Part shown: positions 1 through 13,424 of the stretch, in pieces
Numbering within the stretch: the first letter of the stretch is position 1
Layout of the letters: each line of letters opens with the position of its first letter
DNA from: Octopus sinensis
Taxonomy: Eukaryota
DNA: 64,000 nt
Direction: 5' to 3'
NCBI RefSeq assembly: GCF_006345805.1
Contig: NC_043006.1
Coordinates: 90,830,001-90,894,000 of the forward strand
Position numbers and translations under genes: made by a program
The notes under the pieces: generated by a model
What the model was told of the DNA's origin: nothing
Databases searched by the model: none
What the model saw: the letters and a program-made list of their open reading frames with translations, nothing else

Positions 1-897
1 ACAAATTCAATCAGTCTGTGTGTCATACTGGTTGGTTCAAGGGCAAGCTGATCTGTTAGTTTTCTGAACTTTGTATTAGCAACGGTAAAGTTAATCAAAG
101 CAAAGAAACCCAGTGAGGTTCAGTTCTCTTCTTTCCCTGTGTTCCTCTAGAGGAGTGCATTTTAATTATTTTTAAACAATTTAAAATTAAATTTGATAAA
201 ATAATCCTTATTCAAATAATTAGAAATTCTTCAGGGTGCACCCTGTACTTGTCTGTGGTCAGTTATGTATCTTCTTTCAAGCCATAGATTCTAACATATG
301 TACTGTAATTTTATTTACAATATCCCATCTTGGGACTAATTAATTTAAAAGATAAATTACTAGTGAAGCTATATTGAAAATGGATCTTTATGGTGTTCTG
401 AGAAAAATCAGGTTATGAATTAAGAAAAGTGTGTTGCTTTATTAATTAATTAATGCCTGAAAGTCATGAAAACAAAATTATAGATTTATATTCATTTTGT
501 TTTCTGATTTTCAAAAATGCTTAGAGGTAGCTTTTAAGAAAGAAAGCAGTTGTATTTGCATCTAAAAAAATCTTTGAATTGAGAATTGAACTGTATTTTC
601 TATTTAGTACTAACAGAGTAGTTCATCATACAATGATACTATTTTACAGTAAATATGATAGACTTTGGTGTTCTATTTAAAAATGAAACTTGAGGCTTGT
701 AGCTTGCAGTGTGATGTATTTGTACATGATCTCTTCACAAAATTTATGAACTGGCTGAACTTCCAGCTCTTCATCTGACTGAAATCTGAACAGTATTCAG
801 AAAATACCAGCAACTAATTTAATTTGAGTTTGAAAATTATGTCACATCAGTTTGTGTTTGCATATATGTATTTTATGTTGTACTTAGTGTGTTTATA

Positions 898-1720
898 TGT
901 GGTCCTTGTGAAGCAAAAGCAGGAAAAATACTTTGTTAAGAATAAACTGCTATTCCTGGCTTTCATTAATTTGGAGAAGGCATTTGAAGGAGTACCATGT
1001 TCATTAATTTGGTGGTCACGAAGGAAACTGGGTGTGGATGAGTGGCTTGTGAGGGCTGCACAAGATATGTACAAAGATGCAGTTAATATAGTAAGAGTTG
1101 ATAACAATGTCAATGATGGATTTAGTGCAAAGATAATAATAGTCCCTCAGTCCTCTTCTAGTCATCATAATCTTATGGGACCATCAGAGAGGAGTTTAAG
1201 CCTGGATGTCCATGGGAGCTCCTATATGCTAATGATTTAGTTCTCTAGGCTGAATCTCCAGGGGAGCTAGAGAGTAAATTCTGGTCATGAAAGCTAAGCC
1301 TAGAACCTCAAGGCCTGAAGATGAACCTAGAAAAGACTGAGGTTTTAGCTTGTAGAACCTTGGTCTCTTCAGGAGAATGGCTTTGCTCACTATTCAGAAA
1401 AGGGGTAAAATATAACTCCATATGCTGTACCCAATGTAAACCATGGACATGAGATGTGGAGTGGAGTCACAGGCAGACTAACAGAGAAAGTAAAGTTTTT
1501 CTGCAACTGATATATTGGAGTGGTATGTACTCTGAGCACACCAGAAATAAACTCTCGTAAGTGTTTAACAGATTTAGTTACCAAGGAGATGTAATTAGCA
1601 GGGGAGGTAGTGGCTCCAAAATATATTGCAGTAGCCAAGGTAAGAACAGTTTGGAAGAAATTCAGGGAGCTTCTACCGTCAGCAACAAAGATTTTTATCT
1701 TCAGAGTGAAGGGCAGATTA
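898..1720 (+). mobile_element. Decayed RTE-clade LINE, reverse transcriptase region
   Basis: ORF 824-1240 reads QEKY...LFLAFINLEKAFEGVPCSLIWWSRRKLGVDEWLVRA (RT motif FVDLEKAFDRVP). A frameshifted continuation gives GCPWELLYANDLVL (YADD-equivalent) and a Cys-rich segment. Many frameshifts. Confidence 0.85.
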
Positions 1721-3936
1721 AACTACAAATTTTGAAATTTTTTACTAACTGTGCTTGCATATTAAACTAAAATAATATTAGAATGATAGTCTGATAGTAA
1801 TGTATTATAGTAATGTATTTCAGGATATTGTAATGGTTTGTTATGTATCAAAGTTAAGTTTTAAAATATTAGCTCTCATTTCAATAATGATTATCTTATT
1901 GGACTAATAGGCTAAAGATTGTACTCAGTTTATTGTTGGATTCTAAGCACTATATGCACCTTCTCACCTTGCTCGTGTTACATATTTTCTTAATAATGGA
2001 AGCTACAAGGCAGCATATCAAAGAAAATATGATAATTATATATATTTGATCAAAACTGTTAAAATTCCATTTTGGTGCTAATTAGTAGTTGTTATTTTTA
2101 TCTAATGTGTTTTCATTATCTGTGTTACTTATTTGGTATAGAAAATTGTTAAAAGTGTCCATCATCTTACCATTGCTATTATGTTTCTCATATTCCTCTC
2201 TTCCATTTAAATATATCACTTTCTATTCTAGTTAATGATTCTGCTATTTCAATTTCCAGAGATAAATCATTCAGTGAAATATAATTTCTACATTAAGAAA
2301 AGGAAATTGAAAAGAAAAAAAAAAAGATGTATTTCAATTATGGAATTTGCAAATATAAACCAATTAAAGTTCTTAGCTGTACAATTTTACATCCATTTTT
2401 AAAGTTAGCGGCTAGAAATGTGTATTATTAAAGTAGATACTGTCATAGAAATTTATTTTTTAAATTTTTTACTGTTTTATTTTAGTTAAAACAAAAAAGA
2501 ATATTGCAATATTAATACAGGCACTAAGCATCTTGATGGATATATTGGAACTTTTGTATTAGAACAATTCACATATGACTAGATAATGTGTACTAACTAG
2601 TGTAAGGGATGGTTAACATCTATATAGGATTCTTTTGAGAACACAGCTTTGAGATACCCAACCCCTTCCAAGCCATACAAACTCCATGCATCAGTATGAT
2701 AGCCTATGTAGAATGAAAAAGAAAAAAAAGCACAACACATTCCTATTTAACAAAAAGAAGTAGGTGTTTTGAACATTTTAAGGCTCTACCAAAACTATAT
2801 CTTTATTTTCCTTAACATGTCAAAGTAACATGTTTACAACATTGTTGCATGTATAGTCCTTTGCTAAACTTCTAACAACAGAATATGCCACCAAGAGAGT
2901 ATCTTCTTTTGAACAAATATTGGTCACATTACCTAAGATCATTATACTGTTTATATTTTATAGAAAGATATTGATTTTTAACAATACAAGACCATATATT
3001 TGGAGATGAGACATGGTGGATTATATTGATCTTGGTTCTTAACTGGTACCTATTCTATTGACCCTACTGAAAGGCAAAAATCAACCCTGGTTGAAGTTAG
3101 AACTAAATGAACCATAAGAAAATTGACAGAGGAAAGAGAGAGGCATAAATAATATTCTATAAAATAGAATACCCTTACACTATAAGGGCATTGCAAGACT
3201 ATTAAATTAAATATTAAGTAATTTAAAGTATTACTTACTATAATATCACACATGTTTCTGTTAGGCAAGATGATAACCACATTTCTTGTAAGCTTTGATA
3301 ATGAGAGAGAAAACAAGAAGAAAGATGGCAGAGTGTGATATTTAATAAAGTTACCTTTGTTAAGAAAATATGTAGCATGCAAAAGGTATGGTAGTGCATA
3401 TAGTGCTTGAAACCCTATCAATAAACTTAATGCAGTCATTACAGTAATAAGGCCATCTTCACTGAGATTTGAGCTAATAACCTTAAAACTCACTAAGATA
3501 TAGCCATCACATGAAATCATTAAGTAGTAGATAAAACCCTCTGTTACTAATCTGGGCTGGTTTGTAAGTTCAGTCCTAACCCATATAAGTTATTGATTAG
3601 TCTTAAGTCAAATCAAAAGGATATCCATTCTGAAAGGTATTTCAATCATGCTGCATTCTTCCTAAGCACAGTGTGCCCAGTATTACGTTTTTTAAATGTG
3701 CCCTTCTTCTCTCATTAGGTAGGAAGATATCTAGCAGGTTTTGTAACCATGCAAACCTCCCTCTAATATTGTGTGTATGGTGCCTAAAGAGAACATTTGA
3801 ATCAAAATTTAATGTCATTTGAATCACTCAATGTATACAATACTCCAGTCGTGTAGAAATAAAATGTAAGTGGTCCTGAAAAAGTCTTGTTACAAAGAAT
3901 TCATCCAATGATAAGATGGAAAATGAATGTAAAACT

Positions 3937-3963
3937 CACACACACACACACACACACACACAC
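3937..3963. repeat. (CA)n microsatellite
   Basis: Direct reading. Confidence 0.95.
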
Positions 3964-6543
3964 GTGTGCGCATACAATTTCAAAAGTTTATTATTGACAC
4001 TGAATTTTTATGTTGTAAGTTGGAATCTTAATTATAATTTCTTTGTTGGAACTTGAAATTTTAATTTTAGACCATTGTAAGTTAATTAAATGAAGTTTTT
4101 TATAATAATTATTGCTAGAAGATTTTGTTGAAAAGTTGTATTGTGTATATCTTGTATTAGTTATTTGTAAATTAATTACATTGTTAAATTGTTTAAGTTA
4201 TTTATGCTGACTGTGTATCCACTAATTACTAATAATTAGTTTACTATTACTATTGAGTTGCAGTCAGTTACATTAATTGATCTAATATTCAAACACACAA
4301 GAATCATTATTTAATTTAAGTCTATTCAGTAAAAATTTAAAGCCCATTCATAAATTATCGACTCGCAGTTGCTCAATATTCAATAGACAGTTTCTTGTCT
4401 TTCTAGCTGCAATAAAAGTAAAATGATATTCAAACAATGTATCTTATGAAATTTTATACAAGATATAATTTCTTAATTTGTTTATTTTCTTTTCTAGTTT
4501 CTTGTGTTTGAAAACTTTTGGCATGGAAAACAATATTTTCTGGTTACAGACTATTAAAGAATTATATTTTATTTGAATAGTGATTCAGCAATAACGTGCA
4601 TGTGCTTAGAAGTGTAGGTTACTTTATAATATAGGTTGAATTTATTCTAAATTGTTAAAATATTGATTTCTTATAAAGACACAAAGCCAACAATTTGTGG
4701 AGAGGAAAATAATTGATTGAACTAGTGGTAACATCAAGTACATACATGTCTGATATTTATTTATTGATCCAGAGGGGATAAAAGCCAGAATTGATTCCAG
4801 CAGAATTTGAGCTTAAAAACTGGTGGGATATAATTAAATAGTGCAAAAAGTTATATTCTATTACTCAAATGTTTCTTCCTCTGCAACCTTGAGAGTGGAG
4901 TATATACTAATCCATGCAAGCCTTAACATTCCTTCTGACTTACTTCATCCTCTCTGCATAAAAGGAAACTATTCTTTTTGAATCATGAAATTCTACCAAA
5001 TACTCAGCAAAAGTAGCTCTAGTAGCTAGCACTCCATCTGATAATGTTACCATGTTTGCTCCTTTTCGTGTTAAAGCTAAGAAATATCTCTGGTGTACTC
5101 AAAGGTTTGGTTAAATCTCTTACTTTTCTTCAGATTGAGATTCTTCTCCCTATCAACTCAAGCAATATACCCTTCTGTGCAGGTGAAGTCAACTTCCAAC
5201 ACACAGGTGTTTTTTTTTCACATCTAGCCTAGACATCTCAAACTAGACTTACATTGCTTCAATGGGAAAAAACGCCTTGAAAGTGTCCTCCGAGGTGGAT
5301 ATAACACTCCAATTTCCTTTGGTTGTATCAAAATTGTTACACATGGTAAAATTTGCTCATCACACCATTTCCTACACACAAAGAACATGCAACTAAAACC
5401 CTCAAAATCCCTATAAATATATTACAGCTTACAATCTCTGATTGATCTTTTACATTAGCCTCACATGTATATAGTTTTGCCAAAACTACATCCCGAGGAT
5501 AAAGCTGTCTTTAGAACCCGTTATCATCAGTTGGTGATACTGCTAAGCTTAGATGTGAATTTAATATGTCCTCACATATCAAGAATGGAGGTACAGCTAC
5601 ATAAAGAAAGATCATAGAGAAAGTTAATAAGACTATACTACTGATAAGCAAAACCTCTAGCATTAATTATTGCTCTTACTGCCTGATCTTAGCTTGTCGA
5701 AGCTGGAGCTGAGCATCAACTGCAGCTTGCAAGTGTCATGGAAACGACTCTTCTTTCACTAAGTAAAAAAAAAAAAAAATCTTCTCTTAACACAAAACTT
5801 TCTCTTTTGTTTTCTTTGTGCTGAAATATAATATGTAAGCAGTTAGTATACTGAATGACTGAAATGTTCATTCATAAAATTAACCTTTAGCAGAGAATTT
5901 AACTTACGCCCTTTGGCAAGGAAAATTCATCTACTTGCCAAACTTAATGAATAATACAAGTTTTTGTAATTAACTTTTGAGTCTCAAAATCCAGGCTATT
6001 ATCATGATCAAATCATTAGTAATGGAACTTTTAAAGACTAAGGAAACTTATTTAATTTTAATTGCGATGTTATGTGTATGTGTTTAGCTGATGTTTAATA
6101 TTGCTTTCATTCTTGACCTTAAACATTCCACAAAAATTTGGGTTTTTTCTTTTTAAATAGACTGGCATTTTCTTCAGAAATATCAAAAGGCTAAAACTTT
6201 CAAATACATAAACAAAATTAATGTTAAAATATGTAAACAACTTTCTAAATTTGCTTACAAATTAATTTTCTTTGAAGCAAGTTGTGCACATGATTTTATT
6301 TATTGATTGGTGTTACTACTGAGTTGTTATGGAATAAAATTTGAATAGATATTTCTTTTCATCCTTTTTATTCTCAATAAGTAAATACCTACACATATAC
6401 ATGAAACTTTTATTGGTGTATGTGTGTGTAAATCCCTCAATGTCTACTGTGAAATACATAGAAATGGAAGATGGCATAAAGAAAGCAATTTTGTTATTTT
6501 TGGTAGATGAAGCAAATAAATTATTTGTTTATTAAATTTTCTC

Positions 6544-6553
6544 TGTGTGTATA

Positions 6554-6594
<41 letters not shown>

Positions 6595-6595
6595 G
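6544..6595. repeat. Compound (GT)n(GA)n microsatellite
   Basis: Direct reading. Confidence 0.95.
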
Positions 6596-7018
6596 GTGGG
6601 ATTTCACTCCTGCAGACCATATAGCTATTAGGACCCCATTGTGTGTTCTTAGGTAGTTAATTGAGATTTTGTTGTACTTTAATAAATTATAATATAACTG
6701 AGGTGAAATTAAAATAACCTACTTTAAAATGTTTTTAGTCTAATTTATATTCTGAGATCAGATATAATTTATCTAAGAATCTTCTGCCAAAATGAAAATA
6801 TTGAACCTCAAGTATAATTTTATCATTTGAGTCATAAAAATGTTGCTGTGAATGAGCACTGCCTTCAAAGGTTTGGACGAATTATTTTTATCATCTTTCA
6901 GTATTTTTATGGTAGTAATTCATTTTATCAATCTTTATTTGATAGCCTAATTTTAGAGGTGTTACTTGTCTTTAGTGATATAAACACCTTTAAGGTAGTT
7001 ACACTTTTGTAAATTTTT

Positions 7019-7019
<1 letters not shown>

Positions 7020-7077
<58 letters not shown>
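7020..7077. repeat. Compound (CT)n(CA)n microsatellite
   Basis: Direct reading. Confidence 0.95.
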
Positions 7078-7289
7078 TGCACGCGTATGTGTGTGTAGAA
7101 ATTTGCTTCTGCATAAAATAATGTATTAAAGTCTCATACACAGTAACTGGAGTCTATGGTGAATGAAGAATCTTGCCCAAAGTGCAGTGCAATACAACTG
7201 AACCCAGAAGCAGTGATTTCAAAGTGAATGTCTTGACCTCACAACAATGGATTGTTTGTTTTATTAAATTCTGATATATCAAATTCTGA

Positions 7290-8475
7290 TTACCACTGAA
7301 TCACTACCAGAACTAGGAAAGGAATTTCAGGTATGGAACCAAGGCCTGGAATCAAAGGACCTTTTAATTTAGCAAAGGCCAAAGTCCTAATAAGTAGGAA
7401 AACAGACAAGGCACAGTTTCCTTCAGGGAGATGGTCCTGCTCAATATGTAGAAAAGGTGTTGGGAGAAACTCCTTACAATGTACCCAGTGCAATCTATGG
7501 ACACATAAGAGGTGCAGTAGTATCACTGGAAGACTAACAGAGAAAGACTTACATGTGGAAGATGTGCAGTTACATTAAACTCCGGGAATGTACATAAAAT
7601 AGACTCCCTCAAATGTCAAGGGAGATCCTTAGAAGTAGTAGACAGTTTTCATACCTTTGGAGGTATGTTTCGAAAGCATTGCTGCTAGAATAAGAATAGG
7701 CTGAACAAAGTTCAGAGAGCCCCTTCCTCTGTTAGTCATGAAGAGCCTCTCCCTCAGAGTGAAAGGCAGATTGCATGATGCCTGTGTATGAACAGCTATG
7801 CTATATGGCAATGAAACATGGGTTGTGACTATTGAGGATATGTGAAGGCTTGAAAGAAATGAAGCTGGTATGGTCAGTGTGCGTGTAAGACAGAGTATTG
7901 GTGATTTAAGAGAAAAACTAGGAATACAGAGCTTCAGATGCAGTGTGCTAGAGAGAAGACTGTACTGGTATGGCCATGTAATTCTTATGAATGAAGACAG
8001 TCACATCAAAGATTTCCAAGCATTAATAAAGGAAGGAACATGTGGAAGAGGTAAACCCAGAAAGACGTGGAAGAAAGTGATGAGAAAGGATCTCAGATGT
8101 TGGGCCTCACTGAGGGGATGACTGAGGACTGAGACTTCTGGCAGTTTGCTGTGCTTCAGAAGGCACATCAAGCTAAGTAAATATGTGGTTGTCCTTGCAT
8201 ACAGACATGTCTCCTGCATCCTTCTTCAGCTGAACATTCCTAATCTTGCAGGCTCATGGGTGCTGGTGCCACATAAAAAGGTCCCATGCCAGTACTGCAT
8301 AAAAGCACCCAGTACACTTGGTAAAGTGGTTGGTAATAGGAAGGGCATCCAACCATAGAAAACAAACTTGGAGCCCGGGCAGCTCTCCAGCTGACCACCA
8401 CCTCTTGCCAAACCGTCCAACTCATGCCAGCATGGAAAACGGACATGAAATGGTGAAGATATGGTGATGATGATT
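7290..8475 (+). mobile_element. 3' part of RTE-clade LINE (post-RT Cys/His finger, ORF end, conserved tail ending in (GAT)n)
   Basis: KAKVLISRK...FPSGRWSCSICRKGVGRNSLQCTQCNLWTHKRCSSITGRL, then FCYLGD-like, LLYGNETW-like and ERRLYWYGHV...GRGKPRKTW motifs typical of RTE C-termini. The 3' tail (gtaaagtggttgg..aggaagggcatcca..ccatgccagcatggaaaacggac) recurs across the window. Confidence 0.85.
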
Positions 8476-9599
8476 TAGCTTGTTTGAAATATATCTGTGA
8501 AATGTCATTTGAGACTCAAGGATGAATTGCAGTGTTAAAATATAGTAATGACTTATGCAATATTTCAGAAAGAGCTGAGTTATATTACATAAGTTACAAT
8601 ACTTGGTGATTTTATTTCATTTTAGTTCATGAATTCCACAAATTCATTTTGATTTACAGATTTTCTTGTATTTCCATTTTAATTTACTGTGAGCTGACTT
8701 TATTTTATAGTCTGTAGATATAGATGTTTTGAGCAGTGAGTTTTTGAAACAGCAGAAAATTGAACTAACATGTCAAACAGCATTTAATATGTTTCCCATC
8801 TTGCTTGGTTTTAAATTCAAAGGTGTTCATGTTCTATTTTACTGTAGAGATCTTCTTAAGGAAATGCAATCTATTTACTCTATGCTTTCAATTCTCTGAT
8901 AGTAAAAGAGAACGAATATAAATTCTGCTTCCATACCTTTTCTTTATCTTTTTTTTCCTAATATCTTTCATACATTTTTACTGTTTGTTTTTCTTCCTAT
9001 CACTTTCACTGTTAGCTTCTTTGTGATCTCCTACCTCCATATATCACTTTTTGTAAGACATGCTATATTTTCGTGCAGTATTTAAAATATCGTTCATATC
9101 CATCAGAGGTTTCTTTCAAATTATTTTACTCATGCTTTTTATGCGTGATACATAAGTATCTATGTGGGAATCATTAATTAAAAATCACTTCACTTTTGTC
9201 ATTGCCAAATGTTTTCTCATCTTCGAACAATTCCTTATGGACTTTTCATCACTGTAATTAATGCTGTTAAATCAAACAGGTGTCCTTATTATTTCATTAA
9301 ACAACTTTCTTTGTAACTTGTATTCATTATTCTTAATTTCCTTTCTTGCTTAAACTACTGTTTTCTGTTTGTGTTCCCATTTCTAAAACCAACTCAAGAT
9401 ATTTTTCTTATTTTTGGTTTTTCTTTTTACTTTTTCTTTTATATTGTAATGTATTATGAGAAAGAAATGGTAAGATTTTACTATTTCAAACTAAAGTCTA
9501 GATATAATAAGCAAAGTCATGTGGTTATGACATTTTGCTCCACAACCATAGTTTCAGGTTCAAGCTGATTGGACAGCAGGTTTAACAAGTGTTATGTTC

Positions 9600-9800
9600 A
9601 TAGGTAGTAACTTTAAAATGGTATTTGGCTTAACACGACTACCTAGCTGTTGGATGCCTTTCAACAAAATCCTCTATGTTGCAAGCATTTTGGCCAGCAC
9701 TTCTGTTATGAAAACTTTTTTTCGTCCCTCCAGTTTTCAAGGCTCTGAAAAGATCACTTTCGCTGCCCTTTCTTCTCTACAGTGTTGTGAAAGAGAAACA
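9600..9800 (-). mobile_element. Highly decayed RTE-like LINE 3' fragment
   Basis: Minus-strand EERAAKVIFSEP..EG resembles the RTE C-terminal ERxAKxVF...G.R motif. Confidence 0.35.
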
Positions 9801-11231
9801 AGAAATCTATTGACTAAATATGAATAATAATTATTGTTGTTGTTCTTAATTCATTGTGTAATCAACTCTTTGCTCTTAGCATTTCTTTCAAATCAGTTAC
9901 ATGTAGTAACATCTTTTTAACATGGCTAGAAAATATTGAAAAATATTTTCTTATTTTAAAACTAGAAATCTTAACAGTTGCTGAGTCTGAAAAATACTAT
10001 TATTCTGTCAAAAACTAAAAACTACTTTTTGTTAATTGCATTAATCATGCCCTTCTTCTTGTCCAGTTTCCACATTGGCCTGGATTTATAATATATACAT
10101 TACTACCATCTTTGTAAACGTATTATTATTGATTCAACAATTGACTACAATACTCTGTTCATCCATTTTCCTGTTTCTTTTCTAACTAGTTATCAGTTAG
10201 CTAGATTCATATGAATTGCAATAAACTTGTTCTTTTTGAAATGGCATTATCCTCTTTTAATTTCTTAGGTCATAATCACATAACATCACATTTTTTTGCT
10301 CACATATACAAACAACCTTTTGTTTAGGGAAAAGAGAAGTTTATTTTCTAATATCATATGCAGCAGTATCTGTCCAACCTTCCTCTAACTTTACAGACTA
10401 GTCTTAATGCATGCATTGATTTAATAAAGAAGATTGGGATATCTAAAAGATAAAACTTTGAAAGGAAAAAATTCCATTGAATTAAAATTATAATTTTCTA
10501 ATGCAGTACTTCAAGTTTCTTTTGTTTTTGTTTTCACCTTTTCCAAGAAGTTAAATACACTGTTCAATTTCAATTAAAAGCCTTTATTAACAGCTTAAAG
10601 AGCAGAGGCTGTTTTCAGTTTTAATTGTACTTGCCTGATATTTTAGAGATAAGCTGAACTAATCAAATAAATGAGTTTACAATTATATAAAAACAAACAA
10701 AGAAAAACATTTTGGATCTGTTAATGTGATTTGAATGTGGACTACTTGTTTATTTGTTATAGTAAAGATTCTGTATTCTTACCAACTGCAATATAGATGT
10801 AATATCATTAGTTTAATGCTTCTATTTCTCTTTGAGTAAATTGTTAAATCAGAGATTTCACTTATTCTTAAATGGTATTATGCATATCAGATCTATTATA
10901 GACTAATGTTTGTATCACATTTGACAGGATTAGTCTCAAATACCATTTGTGTTTCTTTTCGGAATGTATACAGTCACTTAAATATGCATTAGATTCATGA
11001 GCTTTATTTAGAAATCTCTCTTAACACTTGTTTCATTTCTAGTTCCAATATTAATTCATGGAAAATATCTGAAGAAGCTCCTTTTTCAATAAATTTTCTC
11101 ATTTTGTTTCTATACTTAATGTTTTGGCATACATTTTGCTTTGCATATCATTAGTTTAGTTCCCAGCCTCCTCTTGAATACTTTACAAGAATATGTATTT
11201 AATTTGGTTTTTAATTCAAAAATTGACTAAA

Positions 11232-12086
11232 TATAAGGTAGTCAAAAAGTATCTGACGTTTGGTCAAAAAAAAAGTAATATTAAAAATTCACTATTTTGA
11301 TTTAGTCTCTTGGGTGTCTACACATTTCTGCCAGCATTCCTGCCACTGCTGGAAACATTTCTGGAAATCACTTTTTTTGGTTGCTATAGAGTTGTGCCAT
11401 TCAATTTTGCTTAATGTCCTATGTTGATTCAAATCTTCTCCCTTTGAGTGCTTTTTTGAGCTTTGAGAATAGCCAAAAGTCATACGGAGTCAAGTCTAGG
11501 GAGTAGAAAACCTGATGAACAAGTGGTGTGTTTTGCTTCATGAGGAATGCTTGGATGATGTGAGCTGGTGTGTTGTTATGGTGGAGTTCTCGGTTCTTTG
11601 CTGCCCACAGGTCAGGTCGTTTTCACCACCTCAGTCTTCATAGATTATTCCTCGAACCTTTGCAATAATTTCATCGTTTCTGCTAGTTGATAGTCTGCTA
11701 CACTGGCTCACTGAGGTGCAGCCATCTTTGAACCAGTTGTACCACCCCTTTATTTATGTTTTTCCCATAGTATCATCTCTAAAGGCCTTCTGAATCTTCT
11801 CAATAATCTGGGCTTGCATACCACCAAGCTTATGACAGAATTTGATACAGTATCTTTGCTCAATGTGCTTGGTCATCTTGACCTAAAACGAAAAATCTCA
11901 CAGCACAGTCTTCATGTCTGTACTCAACGCATCACTGCGCGTAACTGGCACAACCTACACACACAAAAATTTTCTTGCATGCTTAGGAAGGATGTGGCCA
12001 CCTAATAGCTGTGTGGATTTTGCTTACTCATTATTATTTTGTTCAAAAAAACATCAAGCTTGGATACCTTTTGAGTACACCTCGTA
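11232..12086 (-). mobile_element. Internally deleted mariner transposon with both TIRs and TA target duplication
   Basis: Left TA-TAAGGTAGTCAAAAAGTATC is the inverse of right GATACCTTTTGAGTACACCTCG-TA. Minus-strand peptides YSLDLTPYDFWLFSKLKK (YSPDLAPCDF motif) and DFQKCFQQWQECWQKCVDTQ (mariner C-terminus). Confidence 0.85.
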
Positions 12087-12293
12087 AAACAAATTTCTAC
12101 TCCTAATATAGGAGTAGAATCTGTTATATTTTGGGTGTCTAGACATTCACTTAGGAACCTGTGTGTACTCAGTTCAGTCCCACTATGCAACACCATGGTT
12201 TCAAGTCAATCAAAGTTTTGTGAGTGAATTATGATAAATGAAGTGTGTGTGTGTGTTAGACAAAAATATCTTGTGATATTTTGATTTGCCTTT

Positions 12294-12492
12294 AGGGCAG
12301 TGAGCTGGCAAAATTGTTAGCAAGTCAAACAAAATGCTTAGTGGCATTTCCTCCAGCTTTACATTCTGAGTTTAAATTCTGCTGACTTCGCCATTCATCT
12401 TTTTGGCAAGGGGGGGGGGCAATAAAATAAGTATCAGTTGAGCAATGGGCTTGATATAATTGGCTAGCCCCTTCTGCTAAAATTTCAGGCCT
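12294..12492 (+). mobile_element. SINE, family C (working label; ggcggtgagctggcaga...gtcgactttgcc...aaatttcaggcc type)
   Basis: Homologous to copies at 20838-21052 (-), 22925-23136 (-) and 23953-24092 (+). Pol III A/B-box-like head. Confidence 0.7.
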
Positions 12493-13424
12493 GATTACTT
12501 CCTTTTACACGTTTCCTTTCACTGAGTATACCCTGTTGACTTTGCCTTTCATCCATCTCTGATTCAACAAAATAAGTTCCAGACAAAATATAATGGATGA
12601 AATAAAGAAAAAACATGAAGACAGCACCTCCGCATGGTCACAATTCAATGAAATGAAAACAATAAAAGAAAAGGAATAAATATAAAACCATCCGTAGAAG
12701 GATTCTGAATTTCTAAATGCTTGAAAAGTTGACATTCTGGAGATTTAAAAAAAAAGTTTTCTTAATTTTCATTTCATAAAATTAATATTGTTAGTGATTT
12801 GAACTTTATCAGCTTCTGTTAACAAAGCTCTTTTCCTTGAATAGACATGATAAAAAATGGATGGGCAGTTAATCTCAGTTAACCATCTAAAATGCAAAAA
12901 GTGGGTATTACAAATGTGTCAGCATTTGTTGCCTGTACATACCTAAGAAAATGTAAAAATTAATATTCCTTAAAGCAAAATTTAGATTACTTGTGAATAC
13001 TTTACTTCACTTGAATATATTTAATTTGCTTTTGATTGGGTGAACATTTTTAGATCCCTTCTTTAATTTTTAATTTTTTCTTTTTGTGAGTGGTAGGCAA
13101 CCTTTATTAAGTTACCATGATTTCCAGACTTCTTGGCCATCAAACCACAATCCTCATTCCTTAAAGTATTTTCAAAATGCCTTTCTAACAAAATTATAAA
13201 GCTATAAATTTTCAAGATAATATAAATTGCACAAGTGCTTACTAACTGGTCTATGCACATTTGTTTTTTAATGAAGGTAAAGTAGTGAGTTGATTTATCA
13301 CTTTGACTTTTAAGTTCTTTTATTTGTTTGAAAGCTTGTAATCAAAGTATAATTTTTAATTGTGTGTGTGTGTTTGTTGTCTTAGCTATTTTCAGATATT
13401 GATTATTTGTTTTGTAAATTCCAG

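Noticed and set aside
824-900. Hydrophobic N-terminus of ORF 824-1240 as RXYLT1 exon 1 (TM anchor)
   Set aside because: It runs directly into RTE RT sequence, with no phase-1 donor and no basic N-terminal MRxxRK-like motif.
3050-3520. 156-aa minus-strand ORF
   Set aside because: Low-complexity L/I/F/Y-rich composition typical of AT-rich antisense noise, with no motifs.
4499-4618. Strong acceptor (tttcttttctag) suggesting an upstream RXYLT1 exon
   Set aside because: All three frames hit stops and none encodes a TM anchor.
5485-5545. Possible hammerhead (minus-strand CTGATGA ... GGGATGTAGTT)
   Set aside because: The GAAA box is absent and the stems do not pair.
8190-8235. Possible hammerhead (minus-strand CTGAAGA ... 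GAGACATGTC)
   Set aside because: Core mismatch, no stem II and stem I unpaired. It lies within an RTE 3' UTR.
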